Assembly: GCA_964490105.1 (NCBI GenBank)
Contig: CAZAZU010000001.1
Span: 498,361 to 562,360, forward strand
Source of the DNA: an uncultured Gammaproteobacteria bacterium
GTDB taxonomy: Bacteria > Patescibacteriota > Microgenomatia > Levybacterales > UBA12049
DNA length: 64,000 nucleotides
Reading direction: 5' to 3'
The notes under the pieces: model-generated
Database searches by the model: none
Seen by the model: only the letters and a program-made list of their open reading frames with translations
What the model was told of the DNA's origin: nothing
Translations under genes and position numbers: made by a program
Shown: one piece after another, positions 8,441 to 18,643 of the stretch
Position numbering within the stretch: the first letter of the stretch is position 1
Layout of the letters: each line of letters begins with the position of its first letter

Positions 8441-10095
8441 TTCCTCTTCAGGTCTTTAATTTTTAGCTCTATTTTTTTATTTCCATTCCACTCATTTAAT
8501 TCAATCGAATAAACGACGTCCACTAAATCTCCAATTTTTAGATCCAGATTTTTATCAAAGTTAAATAAAATTCCGCTGATCTTAATTTCATCTTTGCTAA
8601 ACTCAAGCTTAACGTGTTTGCTTTCTTTTCCTACAAACTTCATCGCTGCGATTTCCAAACTCTTACTTAAAAAAACTGGTGCGGGATTTTTCATTCCAAA
8701 AGGTTCAAGTTTTAATAATTCTTCATACAGATCTAAATTAACTAACTCAATCGGCAGTTCGCAATCAATTTTTAATTTTCGAATTAAATGATCACTTGAG
8801 ATTAATTTTTCTGCGAGTTCTTCAAGCTTCTTCTCCAGAAGCTCCAGTTTTTTTGTTTCTACTGTAAAACCTGCCGCCATAGGATGTCCGCCGGCATCTA
8901 CTAAAAATTCCGAAGCCTCCCTTATGAATTCGATAATATTAAGACCTGACACAGAACGCGCAGATGCTTTACTAAATTCTTCTCCCTTTGAAAGAACAAT
9001 TGAAGGTAAATAAAATTCCTCTGTTAAACGGCCTGCCACCAAACCGATAACTCCCGGCTGATAACTTTCATGATAAACAAATAATAGTTTTTTTGAAATT
9101 TTACCTGAAACCGCGTCTTTTGCATGCTCTACTGCTTGTGCTGTAATCTGCTGCCTATTTCTATTCGTTTCTCCAATTGTCCTAGCTAAATCTTTTGCTT
9201 TCTTAGCGTCTTTTGTACATAAAAGCCTCAAGCTATCCATCCCCTCTTCAAGACGCCCCATCGCATTTAGTCGGGGTGCAATAATATGTCCAATTTCATA
9301 AGTCCCTATTTTTTTAGGATCTAACGTCGCCTCTTCAAATAATGAAACCAGGCCAACCCTATCTGTATTTCTTAAAACAGGTAAGCCATTTTTTACAATT
9401 ATTCTATTAAATTCAGTTAGTGGAACTAAATCTGCGACAGTCGCAATTGTAACTAAATCTAAATGTTTCTTAAGATCTGTTTTTCCATTTATTTTTTCTT
9501 CTAAAAATCTGGAGAGAAACCACCCAACCGCTGATCCGCAGACTTTAGTTGAATGAACTATAGAATGTGCTTTTGGGAGTTTCTTAGAAGGGACGTGATG
9601 ATCTGTAATTATTACATCGATTCCTAAACTATTTGCAAATTCAGTTCCCTCAAATGCCACTATTCCGTTATCCACTGTTACAACCAATTTCGTATCTGGG
9701 AATTTCCCCATCATTCCTTCTACGCCTTTTTTTGATAGCCCATACCCCTCCGTTATTCTGTTGGGAATATACGGCATCACATTTGCTCCTAGTGTATTTA
9801 AAGATTCCCAAAGAATAGCAGCGCCAGTTATTCCATCAGCATCATAATCTCCAAAAACAATTATCAGCTCCTTTTTTTCTATCGCGGTTTTAATTCTTTT
9901 GAGAGTTTTTGTAAGATCAACTTTACTAATACCGAGAAGATTAATGTCTAAGTCAGATAGTTTTGGATCTAAGAATTTTTCAATTTCTTTTTTAGTTTTT
10001 ATCCCTCTATTCTCTAGAAGTAAACTTATCAAGTCATCAATTCTTAATTCATGATTCTTAATTCTTGATTCACTTAATAGGTCCCACTTTTTCAT
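8437..10095 (-). CDS. recJ: single-stranded-DNA-specific exonuclease RecJ
   Basis: DHH family motifs 'FGDYDADGITGAAIL' and 'VIITDHHVPSK', plus a C-terminal OB-like domain. 552 aa. Confidence 0.85.
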   Translation of the reverse strand: MKKWDLLSESRIKNHELRIDDLISLLLENRGIKTKKEIEKFLDPKLSDLDINLLGISKVDLTKTLKRIKTAIEKKELIIVFGDYDADGITGAAILWESLNTLGANVMPYIPNRITEGYGLSKKGVEGMMGKFPDTKLVVTVDNGIVAFEGTEFANSLGIDVIITDHHVPSKKLPKAHSIVHSTKVCGSAVGWFLSRFLEEKINGKTDLKKHLDLVTIATVADLVPLTEFNRIIVKNGLPVLRNTDRVGLVSLFEEATLDPKKIGTYEIGHIIAPRLNAMGRLEEGMDSLRLLCTKDAKKAKDLARTIGETNRNRQQITAQAVEHAKDAVSGKISKKLLFVYHESYQPGVIGLVAGRLTEEFYLPSIVLSKGEEFSKASARSVSGLNIIEFIREASEFLVDAGGHPMAAGFTVETKKLELLEKKLEELAEKLISSDHLIRKLKIDCELPIELVNLDLYEELLKLEPFGMKNPAPVFLSKSLEIAAMKFVGKESKHVKLEFSKDEIKISGILFNFDKNLDLKIGDLVDVVYSIELNEWNGNKKIELKIKDLKRN

Positions 10096-10125
10096 CTGCT
10101 ATACTATATCAGAGCGCTAATTTTA

Positions 10126-11487
10126 ATGAAAGATTTGATTCCGCCAAGTGTCTTAAAAATCCATGACAGTCTTGAAAAAAACAATTTTGAAGCATATTTT
10201 GTAGGTGGATCTGTAAGAAACATTATTCTTAATTTACCCGTAAAAGATTGGGATCTTACGACCAATGCAACACCCGAAGAAATTCTCAAACTTTTTCCAG
10301 ATGGATATTATAATAATGAATTCGGAACTGTTGGGGTTCCATTAAATGACCAAACAGTTGTAGAAATAACAACTTATAGAACCGAGCAGGGTTTTTCAAA
10401 CAAAAGACATCCCGATAAAGTCGCTTGGGGAAAAACAATTGAAGAAGATTTAAGCAGACGCGATTTTACAATTAATGCTATTGCACTTCGTTTTCCTAAG
10501 GATAAACAGTCAGATCCAGAATTTATTGATCCATATGACGGAAAGACGGATATTAAAAATAAAATCATTAGAACTGTTGGTGCGCCCTCGGAACGATTCA
10601 AAGAAGACGCGCTAAGACTGTTAAGAGCGATTAGGTTTGCAACAGTCCTTTCATTTGACATAGATGCCGAAACAGGAAAAGAACTTGTCGAAGATGCACC
10701 GCTTATCCAACAAATTTCCTTTGAAAGAATTAGAGACGAATTATTAAAAATTTTAGCAAGTGAAAATCCATCTAAGGGGGTTTTACTTTTAAAGGATGCA
10801 GGACTTTTGAGGTTTATAATTCCAGAGCTTTTGGAGGGAGTAAATGTTTCTCAAGTTCGTCCTGGACGTCATCACACTACAGATGTTTTTACACATAATA
10901 TTTTGTCACTTAAGTTCTGCCCATCCACTGATCCTATCGTTAGATTTGCGACATTAATTCACGATGTCGGAAAACCAAAAGTAAAAGGTGAAGATAAAGA
11001 CGGATTAGTTACTTTTTATAATCACGAAGTAGCTGGCGCAAAAATTGCTTACGATATTTGTGAAAGATTAAAATTTTCCAAGATTGACCGGAATAGAGTG
11101 ATTAATCTAATAAGATGGCACATGTTTTCTGTGGATGACAAAATAACTGATGCTGCAGTCAGAAGATTTATTAGAAGAATTGGTGTAGAAAATGTTAAAG
11201 ATTTAATAGATTTAAGAATTGGCGATAGATTAGGAAGCGGAACTGAAACAGCTGAAAGCTGGCGCCTTAAATTATTTAAAGACAGGATAGAAAAAGAGCT
11301 TGCGCCTGCTGCATTCTCAATAAATGATTTAAAAATAGACGGAAACGATGTAATGAAAATCTTAAACATTAAACCAGGTAAGGAAATTGGAGAAATTTTA
11401 GAAAAATTATTTGAAGAAACGGATGAAGATCAATCAAAAAACACTAAAGAGTATTTAACTAAAAGAGTGAAAGAAATCGCTGCATGA
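10126..11487 (+). CDS. cca: CCA-adding tRNA nucleotidyltransferase with HD domain
   Basis: Pol-beta head 'YFVGGSVRNIIL...DWDLTT' and 'RRDFTINAIA'. C-terminal HD motif 'HTTDVFTH...LIHDVGKP'. Confidence 0.85.
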   Translation: MKDLIPPSVLKIHDSLEKNNFEAYFVGGSVRNIILNLPVKDWDLTTNATPEEILKLFPDGYYNNEFGTVGVPLNDQTVVEITTYRTEQGFSNKRHPDKVAWGKTIEEDLSRRDFTINAIALRFPKDKQSDPEFIDPYDGKTDIKNKIIRTVGAPSERFKEDALRLLRAIRFATVLSFDIDAETGKELVEDAPLIQQISFERIRDELLKILASENPSKGVLLLKDAGLLRFIIPELLEGVNVSQVRPGRHHTTDVFTHNILSLKFCPSTDPIVRFATLIHDVGKPKVKGEDKDGLVTFYNHEVAGAKIAYDICERLKFSKIDRNRVINLIRWHMFSVDDKITDAAVRRFIRRIGVENVKDLIDLRIGDRLGSGTETAESWRLKLFKDRIEKELAPAAFSINDLKIDGNDVMKILNIKPGKEIGEILEKLFEETDEDQSKNTKEYLTKRVKEIAA

Positions 11488-11517
11488 TATATCGATATAT
11501 CGATATATCGATATATA
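11485..11517. repeat. tandem palindromic repeat (ATATCGAT)x3
   Basis: Sequence 'tgatatatcgatatatcgatatatcgatatataa' sits immediately after the cca stop. ATATCGATAT is a perfect palindrome. The same repeat occurs at 41717-41743. Confidence 0.7.
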
Positions 11518-11580
11518 ATTCAACTTCGCCTCTTTTTTTATATTTTTTGCTACAAATATTTAATATGGTATTATCTATTC

Positions 11581-12498
11581 ATGACTAAAAATGTTCTGGA
11601 GGTTAAGAATCTCACGAAAAAATTTGGACAGTTCACTGCAGTTGATGACGTTTCTTTTTCTTTAAAAGAAGGAGAAATTTTGGGACTTTTAGGACCAAAT
11701 GGTGCTGGAAAAACTACAAGTATCTATATGCTATTAGATGTGATGTCGCCAACTAGCGGAGACATATTATATTTTGGAAAATCATTTAAAAAAGACCGAA
11801 GCGGAATTCTTAAAAAAATTAATTATTCTTCAGCATATATTTCACTCCCATGGTTTTTTACAATTGATCAAGTCCTTTCTGTTTTTGCTGATCTATATGA
11901 AGTTCCAAACAAGAAAAAAAGAATAGATAAACTTTTAGAAGAATTCGAAATAATTCATCTTAGGAAAAAAGCAGTTCACACACTTTCGGCTGGTGAAAGA
12001 GCTAGGCTTTTATTAACAAAGGCTTTTATAAATTATCCGGAAATAATTTTACTTGACGAGCCTACTGCTTCCCTTGATCCTGACATAGCAGTAAAAATAA
12101 GACAATTTTTAAAAAAAGAACAAAAAGAATATAAAGTTAGCATGTTATTTACATCTCACAACATGACAGAAGTTGAGGAAATGTGTGACCGTGTAATTTT
12201 TCTAAATCATGGAAAAATAATGGCAGAAGATACTCCGGAAAATCTTGCAAGAAAAATCACTGATTCAAACATCGAACTTTTAATCAAAGACTCTGGAATT
12301 GCTGAAAAATATTTTCAAAAAAACAATATTAATTTCTCTAAAGAAAAAAATATTTTCAATCTAAACATAAAAACCGATGAGATATCAAAAATTCTTACAG
12401 CTCTTGCTGCAGAAAAAATAGAATTCCAAGATATTTCGATTAACAAACCAGACCTGGAAGACTACTTCTTGAAATATTCTAAAGGAGGGAAAAAATGA
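11581..12498 (+). CDS. ABC transporter ATP-binding protein (ABC-2 exporter type)
   Basis: Walker A 'GLLGPNGAGKTT', signature 'LSAGERARL' and Walker B 'ILLDEPT'. TTGCTA-16nt-TATTAT sits 6 nt upstream of the ATG. Confidence 0.85.
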   Translation: MTKNVLEVKNLTKKFGQFTAVDDVSFSLKEGEILGLLGPNGAGKTTSIYMLLDVMSPTSGDILYFGKSFKKDRSGILKKINYSSAYISLPWFFTIDQVLSVFADLYEVPNKKKRIDKLLEEFEIIHLRKKAVHTLSAGERARLLLTKAFINYPEIILLDEPTASLDPDIAVKIRQFLKKEQKEYKVSMLFTSHNMTEVEEMCDRVIFLNHGKIMAEDTPENLARKITDSNIELLIKDSGIAEKYFQKNNINFSKEKNIFNLNIKTDEISKILTALAAEKIEFQDISINKPDLEDYFLKYSKGGKK

Positions 12499-13280
12499 GC
12501 TTACGTAGGATTTATGCTATGAATAAAAGGTATTTTTATACCCTAGTTCATAGTTACGACAGATTATCTGACATGTTTTATTGGCCAATTATGGACATCC
12601 TTATCTGGGGATTAACCGGAATTTATTTCGCAAAACTTAGCACCAATCCAGAAGAAACCACTACAGTTCTATTAACTGGATTAATATTTTGGATAATTAC
12701 CTGGAGAACCCAATATGAAGTAACGGTAAATTTACTTACAGAAATGTGGGATAAAAATTTAGTAAATCTTTTTTCTTCCCCTCTTAAAATGTCTGAATGG
12801 ATCTCCTCAGTAATGATCTATGGGGGAATAAAAATGCTGGCAAGCCTTATATTTTCTGCATCAATTGCCTTCCTTCTTTATAGTTATGATTTCTTTCAAT
12901 TTGGCTGGTGGATAATTCCATTCGCAATTAATCTTTGTATAACAGGATGGGCGATTGGATTTACCGTAGCATCTTTAATTATTAGGTACGGACAAAAGGT
13001 TCAAACTATGGCGTGGACTGGCGCATATATCATAGTTCCTTTTTCAGCTATCTATTATCCAGCAGCTATTCTTCCAGACTGGGCAATCAAAGTTTCTAAG
13101 ATAATTCCGGCTAGTTATGTTTTTGAAGCGATGAGGGAACATATTAAATCTGGAAATGTAAGCCTAGACAAACTGGCGATAAGCTTTGCATTAAGCATTA
13201 CTTATTTGCTATTATCAATCATGCTGTTTACTTGGGCATTTAGAAAAAGTAAACAAAAAGGACTTGGAAGATTAATTTAA
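12495..13280 (+). CDS. ABC-2 family transporter permease
   Basis: Translationally coupled to the ATPase with a 4-bp overlap. Six hydrophobic segments. Confidence 0.7.
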   Translation: MSLRRIYAMNKRYFYTLVHSYDRLSDMFYWPIMDILIWGLTGIYFAKLSTNPEETTTVLLTGLIFWIITWRTQYEVTVNLLTEMWDKNLVNLFSSPLKMSEWISSVMIYGGIKMLASLIFSASIAFLLYSYDFFQFGWWIIPFAINLCITGWAIGFTVASLIIRYGQKVQTMAWTGAYIIVPFSAIYYPAAILPDWAIKVSKIIPASYVFEAMREHIKSGNVSLDKLAISFALSITYLLLSIMLFTWAFRKSKQKGLGRLI

Positions 13281-13729
13281 TGGATAAAGCAAAACTACAA
13301 CAAGAATTAATTGCAGCAATGAAAGCGCAAGATGAGACCAAAAAGTCTACTGTTCGCATGCTTATTTCCTCTATCAACTACTATCAAATCGAAAAAGGCG
13401 GAGCAGGATATGAGGCAACTCCTGAAGATGTTTTAGCAGTTATCGAAAAAGAAGCTAAAAAAAGACGCGATTCAATCTCAGAGTATCAAAAAGCTGGAAG
13501 ACAAGATTTGGCTGATAAAGAAACCGAAGAGTTAAAGATTCTAGAAGCCTATCTTCCTGAAAAAATGTCAGAAGCAGAAGTTACTAAAATAGTTGAGGAA
13601 ACAATTTCAGAAACTGGCGCTTCGTCAATGGCCGACATGGGAAAACTTATGGGAGCTTTAAATGGAAAACTTAAAGGAAAAGCAGATATGGGAATGGTCT
13701 CAAACTTAGTTCGCTCAAAACTTTCCTAA
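13280..13729 (+). CDS. GatB/YqeY domain protein
   Basis: 149-aa acidic helical protein 'KAKLQQELIAAMKAQDETKKSTVRMLISSINYYQIEKGG...' typical of the YqeY family. Confidence 0.75.
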   Translation: MDKAKLQQELIAAMKAQDETKKSTVRMLISSINYYQIEKGGAGYEATPEDVLAVIEKEAKKRRDSISEYQKAGRQDLADKETEELKILEAYLPEKMSEAEVTKIVEETISETGASSMADMGKLMGALNGKLKGKADMGMVSNLVRSKLS

Positions 13730-14635
13730 TTATTCTTTCTTCGCTCTCTTAAGACTCCACTCGTGCCAGACTACAAGAATTGGTGTGGCATTAAATATAG
13801 AGGAATAAGTTCCTGAAATCATTCCGATTATTAGAGCGACCACAAACCAGCGAATACTTTCTCCCCCAAATAAAAGTAATGCGAAAAGAACTAATAGAAC
13901 AGTGATTGAATTATTTAAAGATCTTCCAATTGTTTGAACTATAGAATCATTTGCAACTTTAGCAAAATTCCCTCCCCCATTTTTTTCAAGATTTTCACGC
14001 ATTCTATCAAACACGACAATCGTATCGTGAACGGAAAATCCGATTACCGTAAGAAGCGCTGTAACAAAAAGACTATCAATTTCTACATTTAAGAAATGCC
14101 CTAGGATAGAGAATATTCCGACAACAACTAAAACATCATGCACTAAAGCTACAATTGCTGATATTCCAAAACGGATTGAACTAGCAGGCTTTGGAACTTT
14201 CCTGAAAACTAGAGATATATAAACAACAACAAGAAGAGATGCTACCACCACCGCTTTTAATGCATTTATGGTCGTTTCTTTTCCAATAGTTGGCCCGATC
14301 GTCGAAAACTCCTGCTGCTTTGCATTTTTATATTCTGCCGAAAGATCCTTTACGAATTCGTTGTTCTTTTTTTGATCAATCTCCTCGGTTCTAATAATTG
14401 CTAATTTATTTGAAGTTTCAATTACAGAAACTTTTATATCCTTTTCTTCAAGTGTTTTTCTTAAGAAATCTTTCTGCTCACCTGTAACCTCAGTTGGAAA
14501 TAAGACAGACATCCTAGATCCGCCTGTAAATTCAATTGATAGATTCAATCCATAAAGAACAAGAGAAACTAAACCTGGGACCATTACCAGAAGTGAAATT
14601 GCAAACCATATTTTTTTTCTGCCGATTATATTCAT
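13730..14635 (-). CDS. secF: protein translocase subunit SecF
   Basis: N-terminal 'KKIWFAISLLVMVPGLVSLVLYGLNLSIEFTGGS' and a C-terminal 6-TM RND-like domain. It lies immediately downstream of secD. Confidence 0.85.
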   Translation of the reverse strand: MNIIGRKKIWFAISLLVMVPGLVSLVLYGLNLSIEFTGGSRMSVLFPTEVTGEQKDFLRKTLEEKDIKVSVIETSNKLAIIRTEEIDQKKNNEFVKDLSAEYKNAKQQEFSTIGPTIGKETTINALKAVVVASLLVVVYISLVFRKVPKPASSIRFGISAIVALVHDVLVVVGIFSILGHFLNVEIDSLFVTALLTVIGFSVHDTIVVFDRMRENLEKNGGGNFAKVANDSIVQTIGRSLNNSITVLLVLFALLLFGGESIRWFVVALIIGMISGTYSSIFNATPILVVWHEWSLKRAKKE

Positions 14636-14636
14636 A

Positions 14637-15983
14637 TTATCTGTATGCTAGTTTTAATAATGTTTTTGTAACTGTTATCGCTGAGAACATAGAAACTACA
14701 ACTCCTATTGCCAAGATCAATGCAAAACCTCTCACGATTCCTGTACCAAAACTGTATAAAATTATACAGGTTATTATTGTTGAAACATTTGAATCTCTTA
14801 TTGACATCCAGGCATTCGAAAATCCTAAATCAATTGCCGAAGACTTACTCTTACCCTGCCTCATCTCTTCTTTAATTCTTTCAAAAATAAGAATGTTGGC
14901 GTCAACAGCCATACCAATTGAGAGAATTAAACCTGCGACGCCTGCGAGCGTCAAGGTAATTCCATAGGGAGTTAAGCTGCTTAATTTAAATATTGCCAAA
15001 TTGAAAAGTGTATATAGGAGCAGCGCCACACTAGCTATCACTCCAAGCCTTCCATAAAGAGAAACCATAAATACTACAACTGTTATAAAACCGATAACTC
15101 CAGCTATTAAACTTTTTCGAAGCGATTCCTGACCCAGGGTTGGCCCCACCACATGCTGCTCTAAAACTGTAAGCTTTACTGGAAGCGCTCCTGCGTTAAG
15201 TTGTGTACTTAGCGCTTTTGCTTGTTCCTGCGTAAATCCTCCAGAAATTATAGCGTCTCCTGTTAAAATGACATCGCTAACTGTTGGGGCTGTTAATATC
15301 ATATTATCCAAAACAATAGCTACCGGCTGCTGTAAATTTCTTTCCGTTATTTTTCCAAATTTTTCTTTCCCTTTTGAATCAAACAATAACTGCACCACAG
15401 GAGAACCAGTATTAGGGTCGAATGAAACAACAGCTGAGCTCAGATCTGATCCTGACAAATCCGTCTTCTTAAGAGGTCCGATCCCAGATTCATCAGCATT
15501 AATTGGATACTCACCTGATGCCATAACATCAGCTGCAACAGAAGCAGTCGGCTCCCAGAATGTAAGCTGTGCAGTTGAACCAATAAGATTAATCGCCTGA
15601 CTTACGTCGGTTACTCCAGGAAGCTCGACGATAATCCTTGAATCGTTATTAACCTTTGCAGTCTGGATTAAAGGTTCAGACACTCCAAATAAATTTATGC
15701 GTCTCTCAATTACCTCCCTAGCACTCTCAAGTGCCTGCTCTCGCTCCCCAGCTGGCAATTTCTCAACTTCAGCTTTAAAATTCAGACTTACTCCACCTTT
15801 TAAATCAAGCCCTTGTCTAAAAGAAATTTCCTTTGGAATATTTAGCCTTTGAAGAACGAAATTAGAATCATATTTAATGTCTTTAGTAAACCCCGGCAGA
15901 CTAATTCTACCCGGAAGATTCACAAAGGCAGCTAAAAGCGTCAAAACTAGTATAAAAGCAAAAAGGAGCCTGGGATTTTTCAT
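14637..15983 (-). CDS. secD: protein translocase subunit SecD
   Basis: N-terminal TM, periplasmic domain with 'LGLDLKGGVSL', and a C-terminal 6-TM bundle. 448 aa. Confidence 0.85.
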   Translation of the reverse strand: MKNPRLLFAFILVLTLLAAFVNLPGRISLPGFTKDIKYDSNFVLQRLNIPKEISFRQGLDLKGGVSLNFKAEVEKLPAGEREQALESAREVIERRINLFGVSEPLIQTAKVNNDSRIIVELPGVTDVSQAINLIGSTAQLTFWEPTASVAADVMASGEYPINADESGIGPLKKTDLSGSDLSSAVVSFDPNTGSPVVQLLFDSKGKEKFGKITERNLQQPVAIVLDNMILTAPTVSDVILTGDAIISGGFTQEQAKALSTQLNAGALPVKLTVLEQHVVGPTLGQESLRKSLIAGVIGFITVVVFMVSLYGRLGVIASVALLLYTLFNLAIFKLSSLTPYGITLTLAGVAGLILSIGMAVDANILIFERIKEEMRQGKSKSSAIDLGFSNAWMSIRDSNVSTIITCIILYSFGTGIVRGFALILAIGVVVSMFSAITVTKTLLKLAYR

Positions 15984-16555
15984 GAGAGCATATTCTCTTC
16001 GTCACCAATTAGCATAACACGTGAATCGTAAAGAATGGAGAGGATAAATGGATCTCTTTTCTTTTTTCTAAAATCAAACTCTTCCTCAGTCATTACTGTA
16101 TAGTTTATTTCTGCATCTAATCTCTTTTCTTCTTCACGAACGAGTAATGCAAGTTCTGGTAAAACTACAGCCCCAACTACTAATAAATCTACGTCTTCTG
16201 GTCCTTTTGGAAGACGTCTGGCAAATTTACCTGAAAACATCACATACTTAAGGCGTCCTAATTTTACTCTATTTTTAAGAATATTTTCACCAAGTCCTGC
16301 AGTCTTACTGCCAATTTTTAATAAATCGTAATAAAACTCGTAATTTTTTGAAAGGAAATAATAGACTCTATTAGCTCTGGGCTCTTTAGTTAAAATTCCT
16401 TTTTTTTCTAAATATGAAAGCTCGCGCCTAACTGCATTTATCTCATCCCCAGTGCGTCGTACCAACTCTCTGACATGATACATCTCTGAAGGATTGGACA
16501 GGAATACATTCAGGAGCTTTACGCGGGATCTTGATGTAATAAGATCTGAAAGCAT
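15980..16555 (-). CDS. winged-helix regulator fused to minimal nucleotidyltransferase (MNT-like) domain
   Basis: N-terminal wHTH 'YHVRELVRRTGDEINAVRRELSYLEKKGIL'. C-terminal 'SGKFARRLPKGPEDVDLLVVG' matches the GS-x9-13-DxD pol-beta NTase motif. Confidence 0.5.
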   Translation of the reverse strand: MLSDLITSRSRVKLLNVFLSNPSEMYHVRELVRRTGDEINAVRRELSYLEKKGILTKEPRANRVYYFLSKNYEFYYDLLKIGSKTAGLGENILKNRVKLGRLKYVMFSGKFARRLPKGPEDVDLLVVGAVVLPELALLVREEEKRLDAEINYTVMTEEEFDFRKKKRDPFILSILYDSRVMLIGDEENMLS

Positions 16556-16612
16556 ATGTGAATATTAACAGTTATTTTACTCGATATAAGAGGATTAGTA
16601 AACTATGTCAAA

Positions 16613-17782
16613 CTATTTCACGTCTACAACACCTTCTGTGGGGATTATATGGAACCAGATTTTACCTCTACTAAACTCTATCTCCTCGCCTTCTTCATCT
16701 TTTATTATAGTCTGAGCTGTTCTTGACTTCTTACTCCAGGTTCCCTCAATTTCTTTTCCATCCATGAGTATTACAGCATCCCCGGTACCGACAGTGTCAT
16801 ACAAGAGATGCGCATTATTCTCATAACCATCATTTGCACTACTCTCAACTTGATAAAGAACTACTATATTTTTAGCGGTTACAGGCTTATTCGTATTCCT
16901 ATCCAAGTGCGGGACTCCACCGTTTTTTCTACTGTATTCATTTGAGGTTTTATCATATGTCCAATCGATGAAATATTCGTCATATCCATCCCAATGCTCT
17001 ATGTGAATTGTTTTGGTATTTCCCCTGGATCCGCTTGGAGCATCATCTTTAAATTTATATGGAGTAAAACCCTCGTCCCATGGTGTCCCGTCTTCACCCT
17101 TTACTCCAAGTCCCCTGTCTTTTTCAGCAAATTCCCAAAGCTTACTTGTTGTGGAATACATCGTGTGCTCTGTAGCTGTAGCATGACCTAATCTATTGTA
17201 GTCTCTCCAGAATGTAGGAAATCCTATTGAGAACTGATTTAGGTCATTATATCCGCCCCATCCATAATCATTAATTTGAGACAACGCATCTGCTGGACCT
17301 GGGGTATTTGCGCCTCCTACATGGGCGTACAGAGGGCTGTCGCCATATTCTGATATCCAATCAAGGAAATATGTCCTAGCGCTTCTAATTGGCCCTACCT
17401 GAACTGGAGCATTACAGTAGTAAATGTTTAGAGTTCTTGTTATTCCGCCTTCCGCAACAGCCTCATAAGTTATGTCTGCACCATTAAGGCCTGATTGTGG
17501 CCTAGCGTTTTCGTGATTCTCGATCATTACTCCGAGAGGTCTATGTTTTTCCCACCAGTCTTTTTGCTGCTTAGAATATTTAGCACCATTTAGAGGGCAT
17601 GCTTCAGTCTTTGGAAGAGAATCGTCAAAAACTAATTCCCCATCAGCGCCTTTAGTAGCAGGCGGAATAGGTGAGGTAAATCTTTGTGCTAACGGAGACT
17701 TGGCAAATAAGAAGTATGAGGCGCCAGTTGCTAGTAAATAAACAACAAAAGCAATTAGAATGATCTTTTTATCTTTAAGCAT
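16613..17782 (-). CDS. DUF3048 (YerB-like) membrane-anchored protein
   Basis: N-terminal TM. 'ENHENARPQSGLNGADITYEAVAEGGITR' resembles the DUF3048 core as recalled from memory. Confidence 0.55.
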   Translation of the reverse strand: MLKDKKIILIAFVVYLLATGASYFLFAKSPLAQRFTSPIPPATKGADGELVFDDSLPKTEACPLNGAKYSKQQKDWWEKHRPLGVMIENHENARPQSGLNGADITYEAVAEGGITRTLNIYYCNAPVQVGPIRSARTYFLDWISEYGDSPLYAHVGGANTPGPADALSQINDYGWGGYNDLNQFSIGFPTFWRDYNRLGHATATEHTMYSTTSKLWEFAEKDRGLGVKGEDGTPWDEGFTPYKFKDDAPSGSRGNTKTIHIEHWDGYDEYFIDWTYDKTSNEYSRKNGGVPHLDRNTNKPVTAKNIVVLYQVESSANDGYENNAHLLYDTVGTGDAVILMDGKEIEGTWSKKSRTAQTIIKDEEGEEIEFSRGKIWFHIIPTEGVVDVK

Positions 17783-17785
17783 AAA

Positions 17786-18256
17786 TTATGATTTCTTTAA
17801 ACTTCCAGCTTCTTTCAAAGCCTTCTTTTCATCATCGGACAGCTCATGCTCTGTGCCTTTACCGTTTATTACTCTCTTAGCATACCATCTAAGACCGGAT
17901 CTAGAATAGAGCCCCGAAATAATCACTCCTGTGTCAGTACTGTCTAATAAGGACAATATGAAACTTTGATCTCCTCCTGTGTCTTTGAATGGATTAAATC
18001 GTAAAAGGCCAACTTTCTGAATATGAAATTGACCCTCTTGTCCTATTCTATCACATAGGATTCGTAACATTTCAATATCCTTTTTTGTTTGAGTTTGCGA
18101 TTTTAAAACATCCTCTAATAATGTCTTCAATCCTTCTTTTCCGACACCTTCTGAGAGCTTATTATAGTGAACAAGCATCCTCCAAAAAAGAATCGTCAGA
18201 AAGACTGTCCAAACAGAAACAACCAATAGTATTATGAGCGTGACGGTTCCCAACAT
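17786..18256 (-). CDS. DUF4446-like membrane-anchored protein
   Basis: N-terminal TM plus 'GLLRFNPFKDTGGDQSFILSL'. The family assignment is from memory only. Confidence 0.35.
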   Translation of the reverse strand: MLGTVTLIILLVVSVWTVFLTILFWRMLVHYNKLSEGVGKEGLKTLLEDVLKSQTQTKKDIEMLRILCDRIGQEGQFHIQKVGLLRFNPFKDTGGDQSFILSLLDSTDTGVIISGLYSRSGLRWYAKRVINGKGTEHELSDDEKKALKEAGSLKKS

Positions 18257-18343
18257 TGTGTTCCATTGTTACTCCTTGACAGGCATGATGTCAATAGTGT
18301 ATCTTGCCTTATGTAGCTTTAAATCAAGGCTACAGTCTAAAAA

Positions 18344-18610
18344 ATGGCAAAGAAGAAAACTAGAAAACAAAAGATTCTTGCCGATTCTCGACACATCGTC
18401 TATCACCTTGAAAACGAAACATCTGCTCAAGTAAGTACCCCTCGTGAGAAAAAATCAAAAATAGAGCTTCCAAGCATAACCAGAGCTCCTCAGGTAGCAA
18501 CAATTAGCTCTTACCCACATGTAATTAAAGATCTTAGAAAAACCGGAGTAGTTACCGGTGCAATTCTAATAGCTCAGATAATCCTTTTTATAGTTTTAAA
18601 TAGCATATAA
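18344..18610 (+). CDS. hypothetical small protein with C-terminal TM
   Basis: 88 aa with a basic N-terminus and a C-terminal hydrophobic helix. TTGACA-18nt-TATCTT lies upstream at about 18263-18295. Confidence 0.3.
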   Translation: MAKKKTRKQKILADSRHIVYHLENETSAQVSTPREKKSKIELPSITRAPQVATISSYPHVIKDLRKTGVVTGAILIAQIILFIVLNSI

Positions 18611-18643
18611 GTTTTTACTTATATCGAGAGGGGGTGAAATATT

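Noticed and set aside
11485-11517. CRISPR array.
   Set aside because: The ATATCGAT tandem units are 8 bp with no spacers. The two loci are 30 kb apart. No cas genes are present.
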